A stretch of DNA of 64,000 nt, taken from IMG/VR virus record IMGVR_UViG_3300037070_004147, one strand, 5' to 3'. Position numbers and translations under genes: made by a program. Position 1 is the stretch's first letter. Each line of letters opens with the position of its first letter. A model generated the notes under the pieces. That model made no database searches. It worked only from the letters and a program-made list of their open reading frames with translations, and was not told the DNA's origin. Of the stretch, positions 39,442 through 50,153 are shown piece after piece. Source of the DNA: an uncultured virus (IMG/VR IMGVR_UViG_3300037070_004147). Its lineage: Duplodnaviria; Heunggongvirae; Uroviricota; Caudoviricetes.

Positions 39442-39814
39442 GATCTCAGGCTTCGATAAGCTGACCTCTTGGCGATTTACGGTTAAGCCGTTCCGGGCCG
39501 CGCTCAAGAAAGCGGCGGCGATGGTTTTTGTTAATGACCATCAGACAACGGTGCTAGACATTATAGAGACGTTGGCCGCATCATCGGACACACCGCTGAA
39601 TGTGCGCATCGCTCTTAATGAGGTGGTTCAATTTGAACGAAGCCATCCTGACGTTATGCTTTGGGGCTCTCTGCTGGTGGAGTTGCTGGGTGTCGGTCTC
39701 CCGGTCGACGACTTCTTGGATGCTCTGTTCCTTGCCGCCGAAGCCGTCGAGCGCGGACAGAATGATGTCGCGAGCAAGCATGTCTCGCGGCTTCAGGAGA
39801 TGATTGATGGCTAA
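39431..39814 (+). CDS. hypothetical tail-region protein
   Basis: Coupled ORF. Confidence 0.55.
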   Translation: MVFRISGFDKLTSWRFTVKPFRAALKKAAAMVFVNDHQTTVLDIIETLAASSDTPLNVRIALNEVVQFERSHPDVMLWGSLLVELLGVGLPVDDFLDALFLAAEAVERGQNDVASKHVSRLQEMIDG

Positions 39815-40157
39815 TGTCGACGACGGCGCAACGCAGACCTTAGACCAGGGCGGATACATCGTCACTTGGTATGTGGACGGCGGTGGCGTAAAGCGTTGGA
39901 GAAAGCTTGCCGTTCAGGACCTAAAGACTGTACGGGATATTGCTAACGCAGCGCCGACGGCTGAAGAGCTTGGAACTGCGGCCTTTGAAGATGCGGATAC
40001 TTTTGTTAGAGTGAGTGAATTGACGGTGCTTTTGGCGGGCTTGCAGGCCCAGATTGATTTCCAGTCCATTCAGATTGCGAACCTCATCACGTTGGTTGGG
40101 GCAGACTTCATCACCATTCTCGAGCCCGGTATCGTTGACCCGACGGTGGTTACATAA
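39807..40157 (+). CDS. hypothetical tail-region protein
   Basis: LGTAAFEDAD fibre-like motif, coiled coil. Confidence 0.6.
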   Translation: MANVDDGATQTLDQGGYIVTWYVDGGGVKRWRKLAVQDLKTVRDIANAAPTAEELGTAAFEDADTFVRVSELTVLLAGLQAQIDFQSIQIANLITLVGADFITILEPGIVDPTVVT

Positions 40158-40934
40158 ATGACAGTTCTGGATCTCACTAAACGGCTAGAGACGGTAGCGC
40201 CTCTTAATCAAGCTCAGTTCGACGGCAACTACACGCTGATCGAACAGGCGATGAACCTTAAGGTCGATTCCACCGACCCTCGCCTGACTAACGCCAGAAC
40301 GCCTACAGCGCATCAGCATCCGTTAAGTGATATTCCGGAGGCCGTGACAGCGCTCGCAGGCAAGGCCTCTGTATCGGCCCTAGCGGCTCTGGCTGATACC
40401 GTCAGCAACTTAGTTGACGATGTTGCCGGCCTTGAGCGCGCGCCGCAGGTTCTGAGCGGCCTCGGAGTTCCGTCAAATACTCTAGGGTTCAATGGCGACT
40501 TCTATATCGACATCACTGGCGATAGTCGCGTATTGTATGGCCCCAAGGGGAAGATTACCCCCAACGTATGGCCGCTTCCTGGCATTAGCATGACGGCGGT
40601 CGGCGGTACGACGTTCACTACTATTACGCTTGCCGCATTAGAGGCCGGCGCGAATGCCGGAACACTGGAGACAAACGTTGAGTACCGCATCACCGGTACA
40701 GACAATACTGCCGTAGTCCTCTCAAACTCATCGGTGCCAAACGTGGTTCAGATTAGCAGTCCAACCGTGAAGACCCGCCTCTTGGTTGACGTATTGGAGG
40801 GCCGAGTGCTTTCCTCTAACAACCCAACGTGGAATTACATTTTCGACGTGGACCTAGAGGATCTTATCATTACCGACCCAGGGCAGAACCTTACCGGGAA
40901 CGCCGTGCCGGGTTCCGTTGAAATGCAGATCTAG
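40158..40934 (+). CDS. tail fibre-associated protein
   Basis: Shared N-terminal anchor, DPRLTNARTPTAHQH, GFNGDFYID..LYGPK. Confidence 0.75.
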   Translation: MTVLDLTKRLETVAPLNQAQFDGNYTLIEQAMNLKVDSTDPRLTNARTPTAHQHPLSDIPEAVTALAGKASVSALAALADTVSNLVDDVAGLERAPQVLSGLGVPSNTLGFNGDFYIDITGDSRVLYGPKGKITPNVWPLPGISMTAVGGTTFTTITLAALEAGANAGTLETNVEYRITGTDNTAVVLSNSSVPNVVQISSPTVKTRLLVDVLEGRVLSSNNPTWNYIFDVDLEDLIITDPGQNLTGNAVPGSVEMQI

Positions 40935-40947
40935 TAGGTGAACTGAA

Positions 40948-41727
40948 ATGACGGACGTCACTCACGTTGATATGATTGACGGCTCCTGGCCGGCGGACAC
41001 CGGTACATGGAATGCCGCCAAGATCAATATGCACAAATCGGCGATCAATTCCAAGGTGGATAAGGTCGGTGGCTTGTTCATTTCAACCGTAGCCCCAAGC
41101 AATAGCTTTGGGGTGAACGGAGAATACTACTACAACACTAGCGAGTCCCTGCTGCACCTTAAGACTGCCGGTACCTGGGACGATGGCGTGGAGTTCAACC
41201 GCAACGCTTACCAGATTTGGCTGGATGAAGGCCGCATCGGCCCAGGCGGCGGTAATGGCGTAGACGATTTCCTAGATAGCCTCGTTGGGCCCGCCGGTAC
41301 CTTTAATAAATATGACGTCTCGGTGCTGCCGTCGTCGCTTGATGACAACGCGCTATATTTGCTGAGATCGTCGCCTACCCCCGCGACTTACGCCACGGCC
41401 GCAGACAGAACAATCACCGCTGCAGATCTCCTAACCACCATCATCGTTAGGGATTGCGCCGGCGCCAGCCGCACTGACACGCTGCCCACTGCGGTGCTGC
41501 TAGTTGCGGCTCTTACCAATCCCGTCGTCGGTCAACGCATCGATTGCGATATCATCAACGGCTCTGACGCCAACGAGGTAATCACCATCGCCGCTGGCTC
41601 CGGCGGCAGCTTCGACACAAACCAGACCGCCGCGAGCCGGGTTATTCCGCAGAACGCCACTCGAAAGGTGAGGATTAGACTCACTAACGCCGGGGTGTCT
41701 ACAGCTACGTATAAGGTCTACATGTAA
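40948..41727 (+). CDS. tail fibre-associated protein
   Basis: GVNGEYYYN, AYQIWL..DFLDSLVG motifs. Confidence 0.7.
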   Translation: MTDVTHVDMIDGSWPADTGTWNAAKINMHKSAINSKVDKVGGLFISTVAPSNSFGVNGEYYYNTSESLLHLKTAGTWDDGVEFNRNAYQIWLDEGRIGPGGGNGVDDFLDSLVGPAGTFNKYDVSVLPSSLDDNALYLLRSSPTPATYATAADRTITAADLLTTIIVRDCAGASRTDTLPTAVLLVAALTNPVVGQRIDCDIINGSDANEVITIAAGSGGSFDTNQTAASRVIPQNATRKVRIRLTNAGVSTATYKVYM

Positions 41728-41728
41728 C

Positions 41729-44092
41729 ATGGCCGTCCTTGCTACAGACCCCAGTACTTTCGCTGCCAGGGTTACCGCCGCCGCGTCTGGTGATACTCTT
41801 TCACTGGCTGGTGGGCAGTATGGAGTCAGGGGGCTTACGAAGGCGCTCAATAGCTGCACACTTAAAGCAGCAAATCCTAATGATCCCCCCATCTTTTGGG
41901 GAATTAGAATCGCCGGCAGCGAGCGAATGGGATATTTCAACTCCCTCGCCGGATCATCGCCGGGGTCGGTTAGCAACCTAACCCTTGATGGAATTCACTT
42001 TATCGCTCCCCGCGTGTTTAGCCTAAGCAAGGGCGCAAATACCAACGGCGCCTATGATCTGGCCGACGATTTAGGTCGGGGTTTGTCTTGGCGTATTGCT
42101 CCCGGTACTCCCGGATTTAGAACATACGATGCCCAGGACGCCTACATGATGGCGGTTGCCGGAGTGGGCAACAGTACCAACACCTTGATCCAAAACTGTT
42201 ATTTCAATGGATACGGTAGGGCTTTCTCCATTTCAGGCGGCAGCGGCTTCACGTTCCAGCAAAATACAACGATTGACCTTACGGAAGACTTTTTCTTCAT
42301 TGGCGGTGGTTCCAACATCACCATCCAGTGGAACCGGCAGATCCGTTCTCAGCCTGTTTCCATGCGGGACGCATATCTAGGGTGGGATTACGGCAAGAGC
42401 GTCGACCAAGTCCCGCCGCCGCACTCCGACTGGTGCCAGCTTTACGGTAAGACCACCAATTTCGTTTATCAATATAACGACATCTTCGATGACACCGAGC
42501 GGTGCCACCCGCTGTTGTGCAAGATTAGAGATGGCGGCCCCCAGGGCGGTCAGGTCATCCCGCAGAGTGGGTGGCATGTCGGCGTTAAGGTGATCAACAA
42601 CTACTGCGCTTCATCGCATGGGACGCAGCTGTGGGTGAGCCATAGCGTGGCGCCAATGATGTCTCGCAACAAGGGCATTAAGGTCGGCGGCTCTCCTAGC
42701 CTTCAGGTGTCGCAAGAAACGGTTGTGAATGCTACCGTCACCAACAACGTTGGCGCATCGCTTCACTTCGGACCCAACCCGGATTCCGCTCCGAATGATC
42801 CGGTGCCGGGATGGACTAAAAGCGGCAACCAGCAAACCAACGATATTAACGTGCTGCCTTCCGGCTGGGTGGAGGTCCGTCAAAGCAAGGTCAGCGGTGG
42901 CGCTCGCTTTGCCGGGCAGTATGGTAATTCTGGTGGGGTATCTCCGCCACCGCCTCCGCCGCCGCCCCCAACCAGCACGCCGATCTTCACCACCCTTCCA
43001 TTGCTTCGTCCGACTCCGACAGTGGTCACCGGGGGCAGGCTGACTGCTACGCCAGCGGTTGCGGATGGCGATCCAAATCCGACCACTTCCCATCGTTGGT
43101 TTAGGGGAGGGGTGCTGGACGCATCCATCACCGGAACGACTTATGACACGGTCACCGGTGATAACGGCGTGGATTTCACCTATCGCACTCGAGCCAATAA
43201 TGGCGTGGGCGGCAACGTGGACTCCGCGATTAGCAATACGGTTCGCGCACTGTCCCCGCCTCCGCCGCCACCGCCGGCCACGGCGCCATCATTCTTCACG
43301 GCTCCTGACTTGAACCCTAACGGCTCGGTTCTGGTTGGAGCAGTTATTACCGCTACGCAAGCTTCTGCCACCGGCGGTACTCCCATTACTCTTTCAAACA
43401 GGTGGTTCAGGGGCGGTATTTTAAACTCTGCCGTAACTGGATTAACCTACACGACAGGTACTCCCGATCTAGGGGCGGCGATCACTTACCGCACTCGCGC
43501 CAGCAATAGCGGAGGGACGATAGACTCCGCCCTGAGCGACGCTGTGATGGTTCTGTCTCCGCCGTCTCCGCCGCCTCCACCGCCACCACCGCCGCCGACC
43601 CTTCCGGATCCATTAACGTCTGGGCAGGTTGAGTTCCGCGAATTGGTCCCGGACCCGACGAAGCCGAATGATGCGAGGCGGACATTCACAATTACCGTTC
43701 CGGCGAGTTCTCCGGCTGCTGACGCCGTAGCGTTCCAGTGGAGCAGTGCGGCGGATGATGACGTCGGGCACCGCGCGATGGTAAAGCTCGACAATGTAGG
43801 GACTGACCGCGTCTGGAGGGCCCAAAGCAATTCGTCCACGTCTAACGCTCATCTCCGTTTCCCGGAGGGGACGTTCGACACGGTCCATCTTTATTACCAG
43901 TTGGCCGCGGGCGGTCAGTTCTCGCTAGCCTCGACCTACACCTTTACCGTGACTGTCCCGTTTGTCGGCGATCCCGATCCGGATCTGACACAAGTGATCG
44001 ATTTAGACTTCCTTCGCCGAGCCATCACGACAGAAGGGGACGCCTTCCAAATCGTGACTAAGGATCGCGGCGTAATCTGGACCAAGCCTTAA
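41729..44092 (+). CDS. beta-helix fibre/depolymerase with poly-Pro linkers and Ig-like repeats
   Basis: Beta-helix with PHSDWCQ; three Pro tracts; two RWFRGG..YRTRA repeats. Confidence 0.8.
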   Translation: MAVLATDPSTFAARVTAAASGDTLSLAGGQYGVRGLTKALNSCTLKAANPNDPPIFWGIRIAGSERMGYFNSLAGSSPGSVSNLTLDGIHFIAPRVFSLSKGANTNGAYDLADDLGRGLSWRIAPGTPGFRTYDAQDAYMMAVAGVGNSTNTLIQNCYFNGYGRAFSISGGSGFTFQQNTTIDLTEDFFFIGGGSNITIQWNRQIRSQPVSMRDAYLGWDYGKSVDQVPPPHSDWCQLYGKTTNFVYQYNDIFDDTERCHPLLCKIRDGGPQGGQVIPQSGWHVGVKVINNYCASSHGTQLWVSHSVAPMMSRNKGIKVGGSPSLQVSQETVVNATVTNNVGASLHFGPNPDSAPNDPVPGWTKSGNQQTNDINVLPSGWVEVRQSKVSGGARFAGQYGNSGGVSPPPPPPPPPTSTPIFTTLPLLRPTPTVVTGGRLTATPAVADGDPNPTTSHRWFRGGVLDASITGTTYDTVTGDNGVDFTYRTRANNGVGGNVDSAISNTVRALSPPPPPPPATAPSFFTAPDLNPNGSVLVGAVITATQASATGGTPITLSNRWFRGGILNSAVTGLTYTTGTPDLGAAITYRTRASNSGGTIDSALSDAVMVLSPPSPPPPPPPPPPTLPDPLTSGQVEFRELVPDPTKPNDARRTFTITVPASSPAADAVAFQWSSAADDDVGHRAMVKLDNVGTDRVWRAQSNSSTSNAHLRFPEGTFDTVHLYYQLAAGGQFSLASTYTFTVTVPFVGDPDPDLTQVIDLDFLRRAITTEGDAFQIVTKDRGVIWTKP

Positions 44093-44113
44093 GACTGAGA
44101 AGGATGTAATCTC

Positions 44114-44479
44114 ATGACCGTTACACTAGACGCAATTGCCTGTATCCCGCGCCAGACCGCGGCTTGGCTTACTGCGAACAACCCGGTGTTACCGGCCGGC
44201 GCTCGGTACATGGAGACCGACACCAAGCGGTCGAAGACCAACAACAACCTGACCGCCGCCGCCACTTGGAATTCGCTGGCTTACGATCTGGTCGGTCCGC
44301 AGGGGCCCGCAGGTTCCAGCGCATATCAACTCTGGCTAGGCCAGGGCAACTCGGGAACAGTCAACGATTTCCTCGATTCCCTGATCGGAGAGGGCACACA
44401 AGGCGAAAGCTTTTACCTTGTGGTCGGATCCAGTATCCCTTCAGTGCAGGCCGGCAACACGCTTTACGCACGGATTTAA
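44114..44479 (+). CDS. Mtd-N-like fibre-associated protein
   Basis: TAAWLTANNPVL..G..METDT; SAYQLWL..DFLDSLIG. Confidence 0.7.
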   Translation: MTVTLDAIACIPRQTAAWLTANNPVLPAGARYMETDTKRSKTNNNLTAAATWNSLAYDLVGPQGPAGSSAYQLWLGQGNSGTVNDFLDSLIGEGTQGESFYLVVGSSIPSVQAGNTLYARI

Positions 44480-44482
44480 TTA

Positions 44483-47400
44483 ATGGCCACTATTAACGTC
44501 GCTGGAGATCGGACCGCGCTACTAGACGCGATCATGGACGCTTCGGTTAGCTCCGACGACGTTATCCGCGTCGGTCCAGGGGTTATCGCTGAGTTCGCTT
44601 GGCCTCGAGACTTGAGGCGGCCACTGACCCTGGCGCCACAGAACATTAGCAACCCGCCGACCATGCGCGGGATCATGTTCGGCAACCCCGGCAATCTGAA
44701 AAATAACTTTGCGCATCTCGGGAGTGCCCCTAAGGCCAGCACTATCCAGCAGTTGACCATCGATGGCCTTTATTTCGAGGCTCAGCGATTCACGACCGGC
44801 AAGGATGCCGGCGGGACCACTCGCAACATCACGGTCGGGGGCCGCGGATGGGGTTGGCGCGTCGCCGGCATGGCTCATCCCGCCGGTGCTTTGGGCAGCT
44901 ATTCCGAAAACAGCAACATGCGCGGGATTTGGACGTTAGACCAAGTCAACGGCATGACCATTAAGAACTGTACCCTTAATGGTTATGCTAATGCGGCAGT
45001 TTTCCAGGGCTCCAACGTTAGGATGTCCCATTGTACCTTCGAGGAAAATCACGAAGATATTATCAAATATACCAACTTCAATAACCTTATTCTTGAATGG
45101 ATTGAGGCGAGAGACTTCGCTCCCATCCCACAGCAGGTGGCTAACTGGTGGGGGTGGAACAACACTCAGTCGCCGCCGCATGCTGACTATCTGCAGATGC
45201 TGGGGTCCGGCTCCGGATTCACGTTTCGCTACTCCTCGCTGGTCGACACGTCTGGTCTGGTTCACGCCGGCCTGTGCCGCCCACCGGATGGCTACGGCAA
45301 GACGCCCAACGTTGTTTTCGACAACAATGAGTTTTATTGCAATAACACCAATGGCTTGGCCATCGGCGATGCAACTAACCTAACCGTCATTAAGCAGAAG
45401 ATCCACCGTCCGGACGGGGCTCCGATTTGGGGGCCGCAGGGCCCAGCCAATTCTGAGCCGGTCCTTCAGATTATGCCGACCAGCGGTGGCAACCTTAACC
45501 TTCACGACAACATGGCTCCCCGCCTCTGGGGCCTTGCCGAAAACGGTGCCGTCGCCACCAGAACCAACAGCCATACCAGCTTCCCCGCTGGCTTCCGCCA
45601 GATTCGCAAAACACAGGTTAGCTCTGGCGCAGAATATACTGGGGCGTACGGTGGCCCCGGAGACGTTGAGCCGCCGCCACCTCCGCCCCCGCCGCCCCCG
45701 CCGCCGCCACCGACACAGCCGTCATTTACCTCCACTCCGGCGGTTAGGCCGGTTGGGCCAGTTGCCGTCGGCACCACGCTTACGGCGACTCCTGCGGTCG
45801 CCATAGGCTCTGCGCCGCTTACGAACACCAATCAGTGGTTCCGAAACGATGTGGTGTTTCTGTTCGGGGCAGGCGTCCCCAACACCTACGTTACTGTTTT
45901 GGGCGATGCTGGAAAGCAAATCAGCTACCGGACGCATTCGGCAAACGCCTTCGGAACCACGGCCTCCGCGGAGAGCAACGCGGTCAACGTTCTGTCCCCG
46001 CCACCTCCACCGCCACCTTCTACCGCCCCTGTCTTTGTCACGACGCCAGAACTCGACCCTGAGGTGTCCGTCGTGTACGGCGCTGTCCTTGTGGCAACTC
46101 CGGCCTCGGCCAGCGGCAGCGCGCCGATAACCTATGCCAACCGCTGGTTTAAGGATAACGTTCTTAGCGCCGGAACGACTGGAGGCTCCTACACCACCGT
46201 CCTCGCGGACGTCGGCAAGACCATCAAGTACCAGACTCGGGCAACCAATGCGGCAGCTCCGAGCGGTGTCGATTCCAGCTTCAGCAACTCGGTTGCGATT
46301 CTGGCGCCTTCTCCGCCACCGCCGCCTCCGCCGCCTCCGCCACCGCCGCCGCCGCCGCCCCCGCCGCCACCGCCGGATACTCCGCCGGACACGCCGGTGA
46401 CTCTGGCAGCGGGGCAGGTAGCATTCTATGGACTTGCACCAGATCCGGATTCGCCAGAGACGGACCAGAGGCGAGCATTTCAAGTTTCAGTGCCGCAGCA
46501 TAAGACGTTGCGGTTTAGCGGTGGGAACGCGTCTATCGCCTCCGGCACCACGATTAACGATCAGACTTCCGGCGCGACAGCCGTCACCTCAGGCGTGCCT
46601 GTGGTGGAGAGCGGCAGCTACGGTGCAGGAACCGCAGCTGGTTATATCAACCTGACTAGCTGGACGGGTACCTGGGGAACTGGGAACAATATCCGAGTCG
46701 TCACCACCGTTCGCGGTGTGGTTACCAAGGTACCGGTTTTGTCTCCGGCTTACGGAGCCGCTGGGCTTAGGTGGCACTCTGCCGCCGAGACACTGCCGGG
46801 CCAAGCCAGGGCGATGTTTAAGCTCGATGCTCTCGGGCCGGCCGACGAGGAGATCTGGCAGGCAACGTCGAACGTGACTCAGGGCACCGTTGGTCAGGTA
46901 GTCCCGCATCTTCGTTATCCAGGCGAGTCGTTCGACGACGTTCAGATTCTTTATACGCTGGTCACCAATCCGGCGGTGCGGTCTGAGTTTACCGCAGTCG
47001 GACTGATCGCAGATATCGTTATCCCACCGGTTGGCGGCGGCGGAGAGACGTGGATCCCGAAGTGGGTCATTGAGTTCCCGTTGGTCCGCGGCCTCTACTT
47101 TGAGGGTGCGGTTCTGAAGGAGGTTCAATACCTCAATCAGGTGGCGTGGCGTAAGCCGGCTCCTGCGCTGGTGGGCTCCAACACGGTTGCTGATCGGTCG
47201 ATCTCGCAGCCGAATATTCCGTCTGTCTACGCCAACAACGACAGGTTGTTTGCCTTCGCGTACGGCACCGGCTCGACCCCGTTCATCAACCCGGTTGATG
47301 CGGGCTCGCTCTGGACTGAGGTCTATCCTAGCGCCACCCCCGGCGCGGCTAACCAAGTGTTCGCTCTGCTGATTGGCACCGCCACCAGCGGCTCCATGAC

Positions 47401-47770
47401 GCTGGGCAGCTTCTCGCGCGCTGCCGGTAAGACGATCTCCTTCGCCTACCGCGGCGTTCATGTCGCGTCGCCGTACATCATCAGCACGCCTCAGTTTAAC
47501 AACACCTCGACGACGCTGGCGATCCCCGGCCTTACCATTCCGGCAGGTGACGACAACTATCGCATCATCTTGCTGGTAGGTAATGCGACCGGTCAGACGA
47601 TGAGCACTCCGGCTGGCTTCGAGCCGGTGCGCACCAGCGGCGGCAACCCGCGCATGACGGTGTTCCAGAGCATCGATGCTCAGGGCTCGTTTGCAGGGAC
47701 GACGTCAACGATGGGCGGCAGCGCTCAGTCGTTCGGCATGTCCATGGCGCTTAAGCTTAAATGGCCGTAA
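44483..47770 (+). CDS. beta-helix fibre/depolymerase with poly-Pro linkers (paralog of 41729)
   Basis: PHADYLQ; Pro runs up to 21; same domain order. Confidence 0.8.
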   Translation: MATINVAGDRTALLDAIMDASVSSDDVIRVGPGVIAEFAWPRDLRRPLTLAPQNISNPPTMRGIMFGNPGNLKNNFAHLGSAPKASTIQQLTIDGLYFEAQRFTTGKDAGGTTRNITVGGRGWGWRVAGMAHPAGALGSYSENSNMRGIWTLDQVNGMTIKNCTLNGYANAAVFQGSNVRMSHCTFEENHEDIIKYTNFNNLILEWIEARDFAPIPQQVANWWGWNNTQSPPHADYLQMLGSGSGFTFRYSSLVDTSGLVHAGLCRPPDGYGKTPNVVFDNNEFYCNNTNGLAIGDATNLTVIKQKIHRPDGAPIWGPQGPANSEPVLQIMPTSGGNLNLHDNMAPRLWGLAENGAVATRTNSHTSFPAGFRQIRKTQVSSGAEYTGAYGGPGDVEPPPPPPPPPPPPPPTQPSFTSTPAVRPVGPVAVGTTLTATPAVAIGSAPLTNTNQWFRNDVVFLFGAGVPNTYVTVLGDAGKQISYRTHSANAFGTTASAESNAVNVLSPPPPPPPSTAPVFVTTPELDPEVSVVYGAVLVATPASASGSAPITYANRWFKDNVLSAGTTGGSYTTVLADVGKTIKYQTRATNAAAPSGVDSSFSNSVAILAPSPPPPPPPPPPPPPPPPPPPPPDTPPDTPVTLAAGQVAFYGLAPDPDSPETDQRRAFQVSVPQHKTLRFSGGNASIASGTTINDQTSGATAVTSGVPVVESGSYGAGTAAGYINLTSWTGTWGTGNNIRVVTTVRGVVTKVPVLSPAYGAAGLRWHSAAETLPGQARAMFKLDALGPADEEIWQATSNVTQGTVGQVVPHLRYPGESFDDVQILYTLVTNPAVRSEFTAVGLIADIVIPPVGGGGETWIPKWVIEFPLVRGLYFEGAVLKEVQYLNQVAWRKPAPALVGSNTVADRSISQPNIPSVYANNDRLFAFAYGTGSTPFINPVDAGSLWTEVYPSATPGAANQVFALLIGTATSGSMTLGSFSRAAGKTISFAYRGVHVASPYIISTPQFNNTSTTLAIPGLTIPAGDDNYRIILLVGNATGQTMSTPAGFEPVRTSGGNPRMTVFQSIDAQGSFAGTTSTMGGSAQSFGMSMALKLKWP

Positions 47771-47796
47771 CGCCGTGATTTCAGGGGTGTAATTGA

Positions 47797-48981
47797 ATGC
47801 CGACTCTCGACCTTATTAAGCGCACCGAACTCGCCGATGCGTTTAATATGACGCAGTTCGATGCGAACCTGACCGCTATCGAAATTGCCGTGAACGCCAA
47901 GGCCGAGCTTACGGACCCGCGCTTCACCGACGCACGCACGCCGGTGACGCACCAGCACACGCTTACCGATCTGCCGGCGGTGGTTACGGCTCTGGCCGGC
48001 AAGGCCAGCCAGTCGGCTCTGGACTCGCTGGCAACCACCGTCGCGGGCTATGTTGCGACCAACGACGCTCGTCTGAGCAATGCTCGAGCCATCGCCGACG
48101 GCAACTATACGCTGTTTACGGTGGCGTCTGGTGTGGCCACTCTGGCGTCCTCCATCGTTACCGCGGCGAAGATGGCGAACGGGTCGCACGGGCTCTTTAC
48201 CTACGCCAGCAACGTGGCGACGGTGAACACTAAGACGATCGGGCCGACCGCTCTGACGGACTCGGACTTCGGCGCCTTCACCGTTCTCAACGGCGTGGCA
48301 ACACTCGACAATGGTTCGGTCGCTGCGGCTAAGTTGGTTGACGCCAGCTTCGGTCTTTTCACCATGGCTGCCGGTGTCGCAAGCATCAACACTAAGAAGG
48401 TGGGCCCGACCGCACTCACCGACTCCGACTTCGGCGCCTTCACCGTTCTGAACGGCGTAGCGACGTTGGACAGCGGTGTGGTCGTGCCGCTGGCGCTGGC
48501 TAATCAGTCCTTCGGACTCTTCACCGTCGCATCTGGCGTGGCTTCGATCAACGACGGCACCTCGGTCGCCGACGTTGTGGCTGGCACCGCCGCCAAGCCG
48601 ATTACATCCGCTGCGATGAAGAGCACTTGGGCGCCCAGGATTGTCACGCCGGTCTCCGGTGCGGTGACATGGGACGCAGCTGATGGTCTTTGCGTCGTCA
48701 TCCCCGAGGGCGCCAACAACCTTCAGCATGACAACGCGCCGTGGACTAATCTGCCGCTCGACAAGGATGCAGATGTCTGGGTTTATGCCGGAGCTAGCGC
48801 CCGCACCAATACGTGGTCGGATCCGGGCAGCAACCTTATCCTGCCGGTCGATAACGATGCCCCCTACAACGGCACTAATAGATGGAAGCACTTTATCTAT
48901 CGCTGGGTCTGCGACCCGGTCACGCCGTCCGCAACAACTAAATATCGCCGCGTGGTGATTTTTGGTGGCTACTTCTCATGA
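47797..48981 (+). CDS. tail fibre protein with internal repeats
   Basis: Shared N-terminal anchor; repeats of (F)G(A/L)FTVxxGVA. Confidence 0.75.
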   Translation: MPTLDLIKRTELADAFNMTQFDANLTAIEIAVNAKAELTDPRFTDARTPVTHQHTLTDLPAVVTALAGKASQSALDSLATTVAGYVATNDARLSNARAIADGNYTLFTVASGVATLASSIVTAAKMANGSHGLFTYASNVATVNTKTIGPTALTDSDFGAFTVLNGVATLDNGSVAAAKLVDASFGLFTMAAGVASINTKKVGPTALTDSDFGAFTVLNGVATLDSGVVVPLALANQSFGLFTVASGVASINDGTSVADVVAGTAAKPITSAAMKSTWAPRIVTPVSGAVTWDAADGLCVVIPEGANNLQHDNAPWTNLPLDKDADVWVYAGASARTNTWSDPGSNLILPVDNDAPYNGTNRWKHFIYRWVCDPVTPSATTKYRRVVIFGGYFS

Positions 48982-49643
48982 GCGGTGGCGGCTTTCGCGC
49001 TTCTCGACAGAAGACTAAGCGATGGGCCGGTGGTGTGTCGCTTATCTCTTATGTCGCATCGAACGGCGTTAACTCGACTGGCTTTACGGTATCGCCGGTT
49101 GCGATCGGAGACGTCGTTGTCGGCACGGCTTTCGATGTAGCTTCCGCTGATGGGATAACGTTGGGCTCCGGAGTGTCCCAGCCAACCCCTGGCGGTCTCA
49201 TAGAGAGCGTCTATGCCGATGGTGACGATCTCACACCGACACCCCGCGGCATCTATGGCATTATGGGCTATAGGGTAGCGGTCGACACGGCTCCGACGTT
49301 CAGCGGCTGGACGGGCGCTCAGCGACTGGTCGCCGCAGCCTACCATGGAGTGAACACGTCGTCTCCGATCCTCGCGGTGAACTGGACGTTGGGAAATGGC
49401 AATCCAGTATCTTATGGGGCGCTAGCTCACAACGACTCCAAGGCCTGGGTGATAGCGACGTACAGCAGCACTAACGATCAGCCCGCGGCACCCACCCTAA
49501 TCTCGAATCTAAGAAATGGGGCCGCCAGACGTTATATATGGGACAGCGGCGCAGCGATGGCTAACTACGCCGGAGAGTCCATAGCGGCTGCATTGACGCC
49601 TGGGAACTGGATCACTTGCACCATCGCCATTAGGAGCCTGTAA
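48978..49643 (+). CDS. putative fibre tip / receptor-binding domain protein
   Basis: AAYHGVNTSSPI resembles FAYRGVHVASPY in the 44483 C-terminal domain. Confidence 0.6.
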   Translation: MSGGGFRASRQKTKRWAGGVSLISYVASNGVNSTGFTVSPVAIGDVVVGTAFDVASADGITLGSGVSQPTPGGLIESVYADGDDLTPTPRGIYGIMGYRVAVDTAPTFSGWTGAQRLVAAAYHGVNTSSPILAVNWTLGNGNPVSYGALAHNDSKAWVIATYSSTNDQPAAPTLISNLRNGAARRYIWDSGAAMANYAGESIAAALTPGNWITCTIAIRSL

Positions 49644-50128
49644 TGTACGCAGCGATCATCGGCCATCTTAAGGATGGCGTCGTTTATCCGGATCCTAAGG
49701 GCAAGCCTATTCCAATCGGAGCGGCCGATCCGGAGCGTCGCACGCTGAGGGTCGCGCCTAACATGGTGGTGATCACTGCCGGATGCCCCGTGCCTCCTGA
49801 CTTGGCAGCCGATTTGGGCGGCTATGAGATTGTGGAAGAGGCACCAAAGAAGGGCGAGGTCCACGAAGGCGTGCAGGAACTAAAGGATGCCAAGGTGGTT
49901 GGTGGCAAGCTTGTCCGTAAGCTCATCAACCGCAAGAAGGTCGAGCCGGAGGGTGAGGTTGCCTTTGAGGATATTAACCCAGAGCACATTAGGATAGCTC
50001 AAGCTATCCGTATACAATCCTCGCTAGAGAGCGTGTTCGGAAAGCGAGTATCGCTGGACGCGGCCTTCAAAATATTGGATGGTGAGACCGGAGAGAAAAA
50101 GGGAAAGAAGGAAACCAAAACGAAATAG
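49643..50128 (+). CDS. hypothetical protein
   Basis: TAATG-coupled, 161 aa. Confidence 0.6.
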   Translation: MYAAIIGHLKDGVVYPDPKGKPIPIGAADPERRTLRVAPNMVVITAGCPVPPDLAADLGGYEIVEEAPKKGEVHEGVQELKDAKVVGGKLVRKLINRKKVEPEGEVAFEDINPEHIRIAQAIRIQSSLESVFGKRVSLDAAFKILDGETGEKKGKKETKTK

Positions 50129-50153
50129 GGACAAGACAGGAGACTAAGTTCTC

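Noticed and set aside
1216..40160. Seven in-frame stop-start abutments (1218, 2718, 4669, 32441, 34137, 39024, 40157) suggesting readthrough or recoding
   Set aside because: All three stop codons are involved, no suppressor tRNA is present, and the flanking genes are full length
44114..48981. Diversity-generating retroelement suggested by an Mtd-N-like domain
   Set aside because: No reverse transcriptase and no adenine-variable TR/VR pair seen in the window
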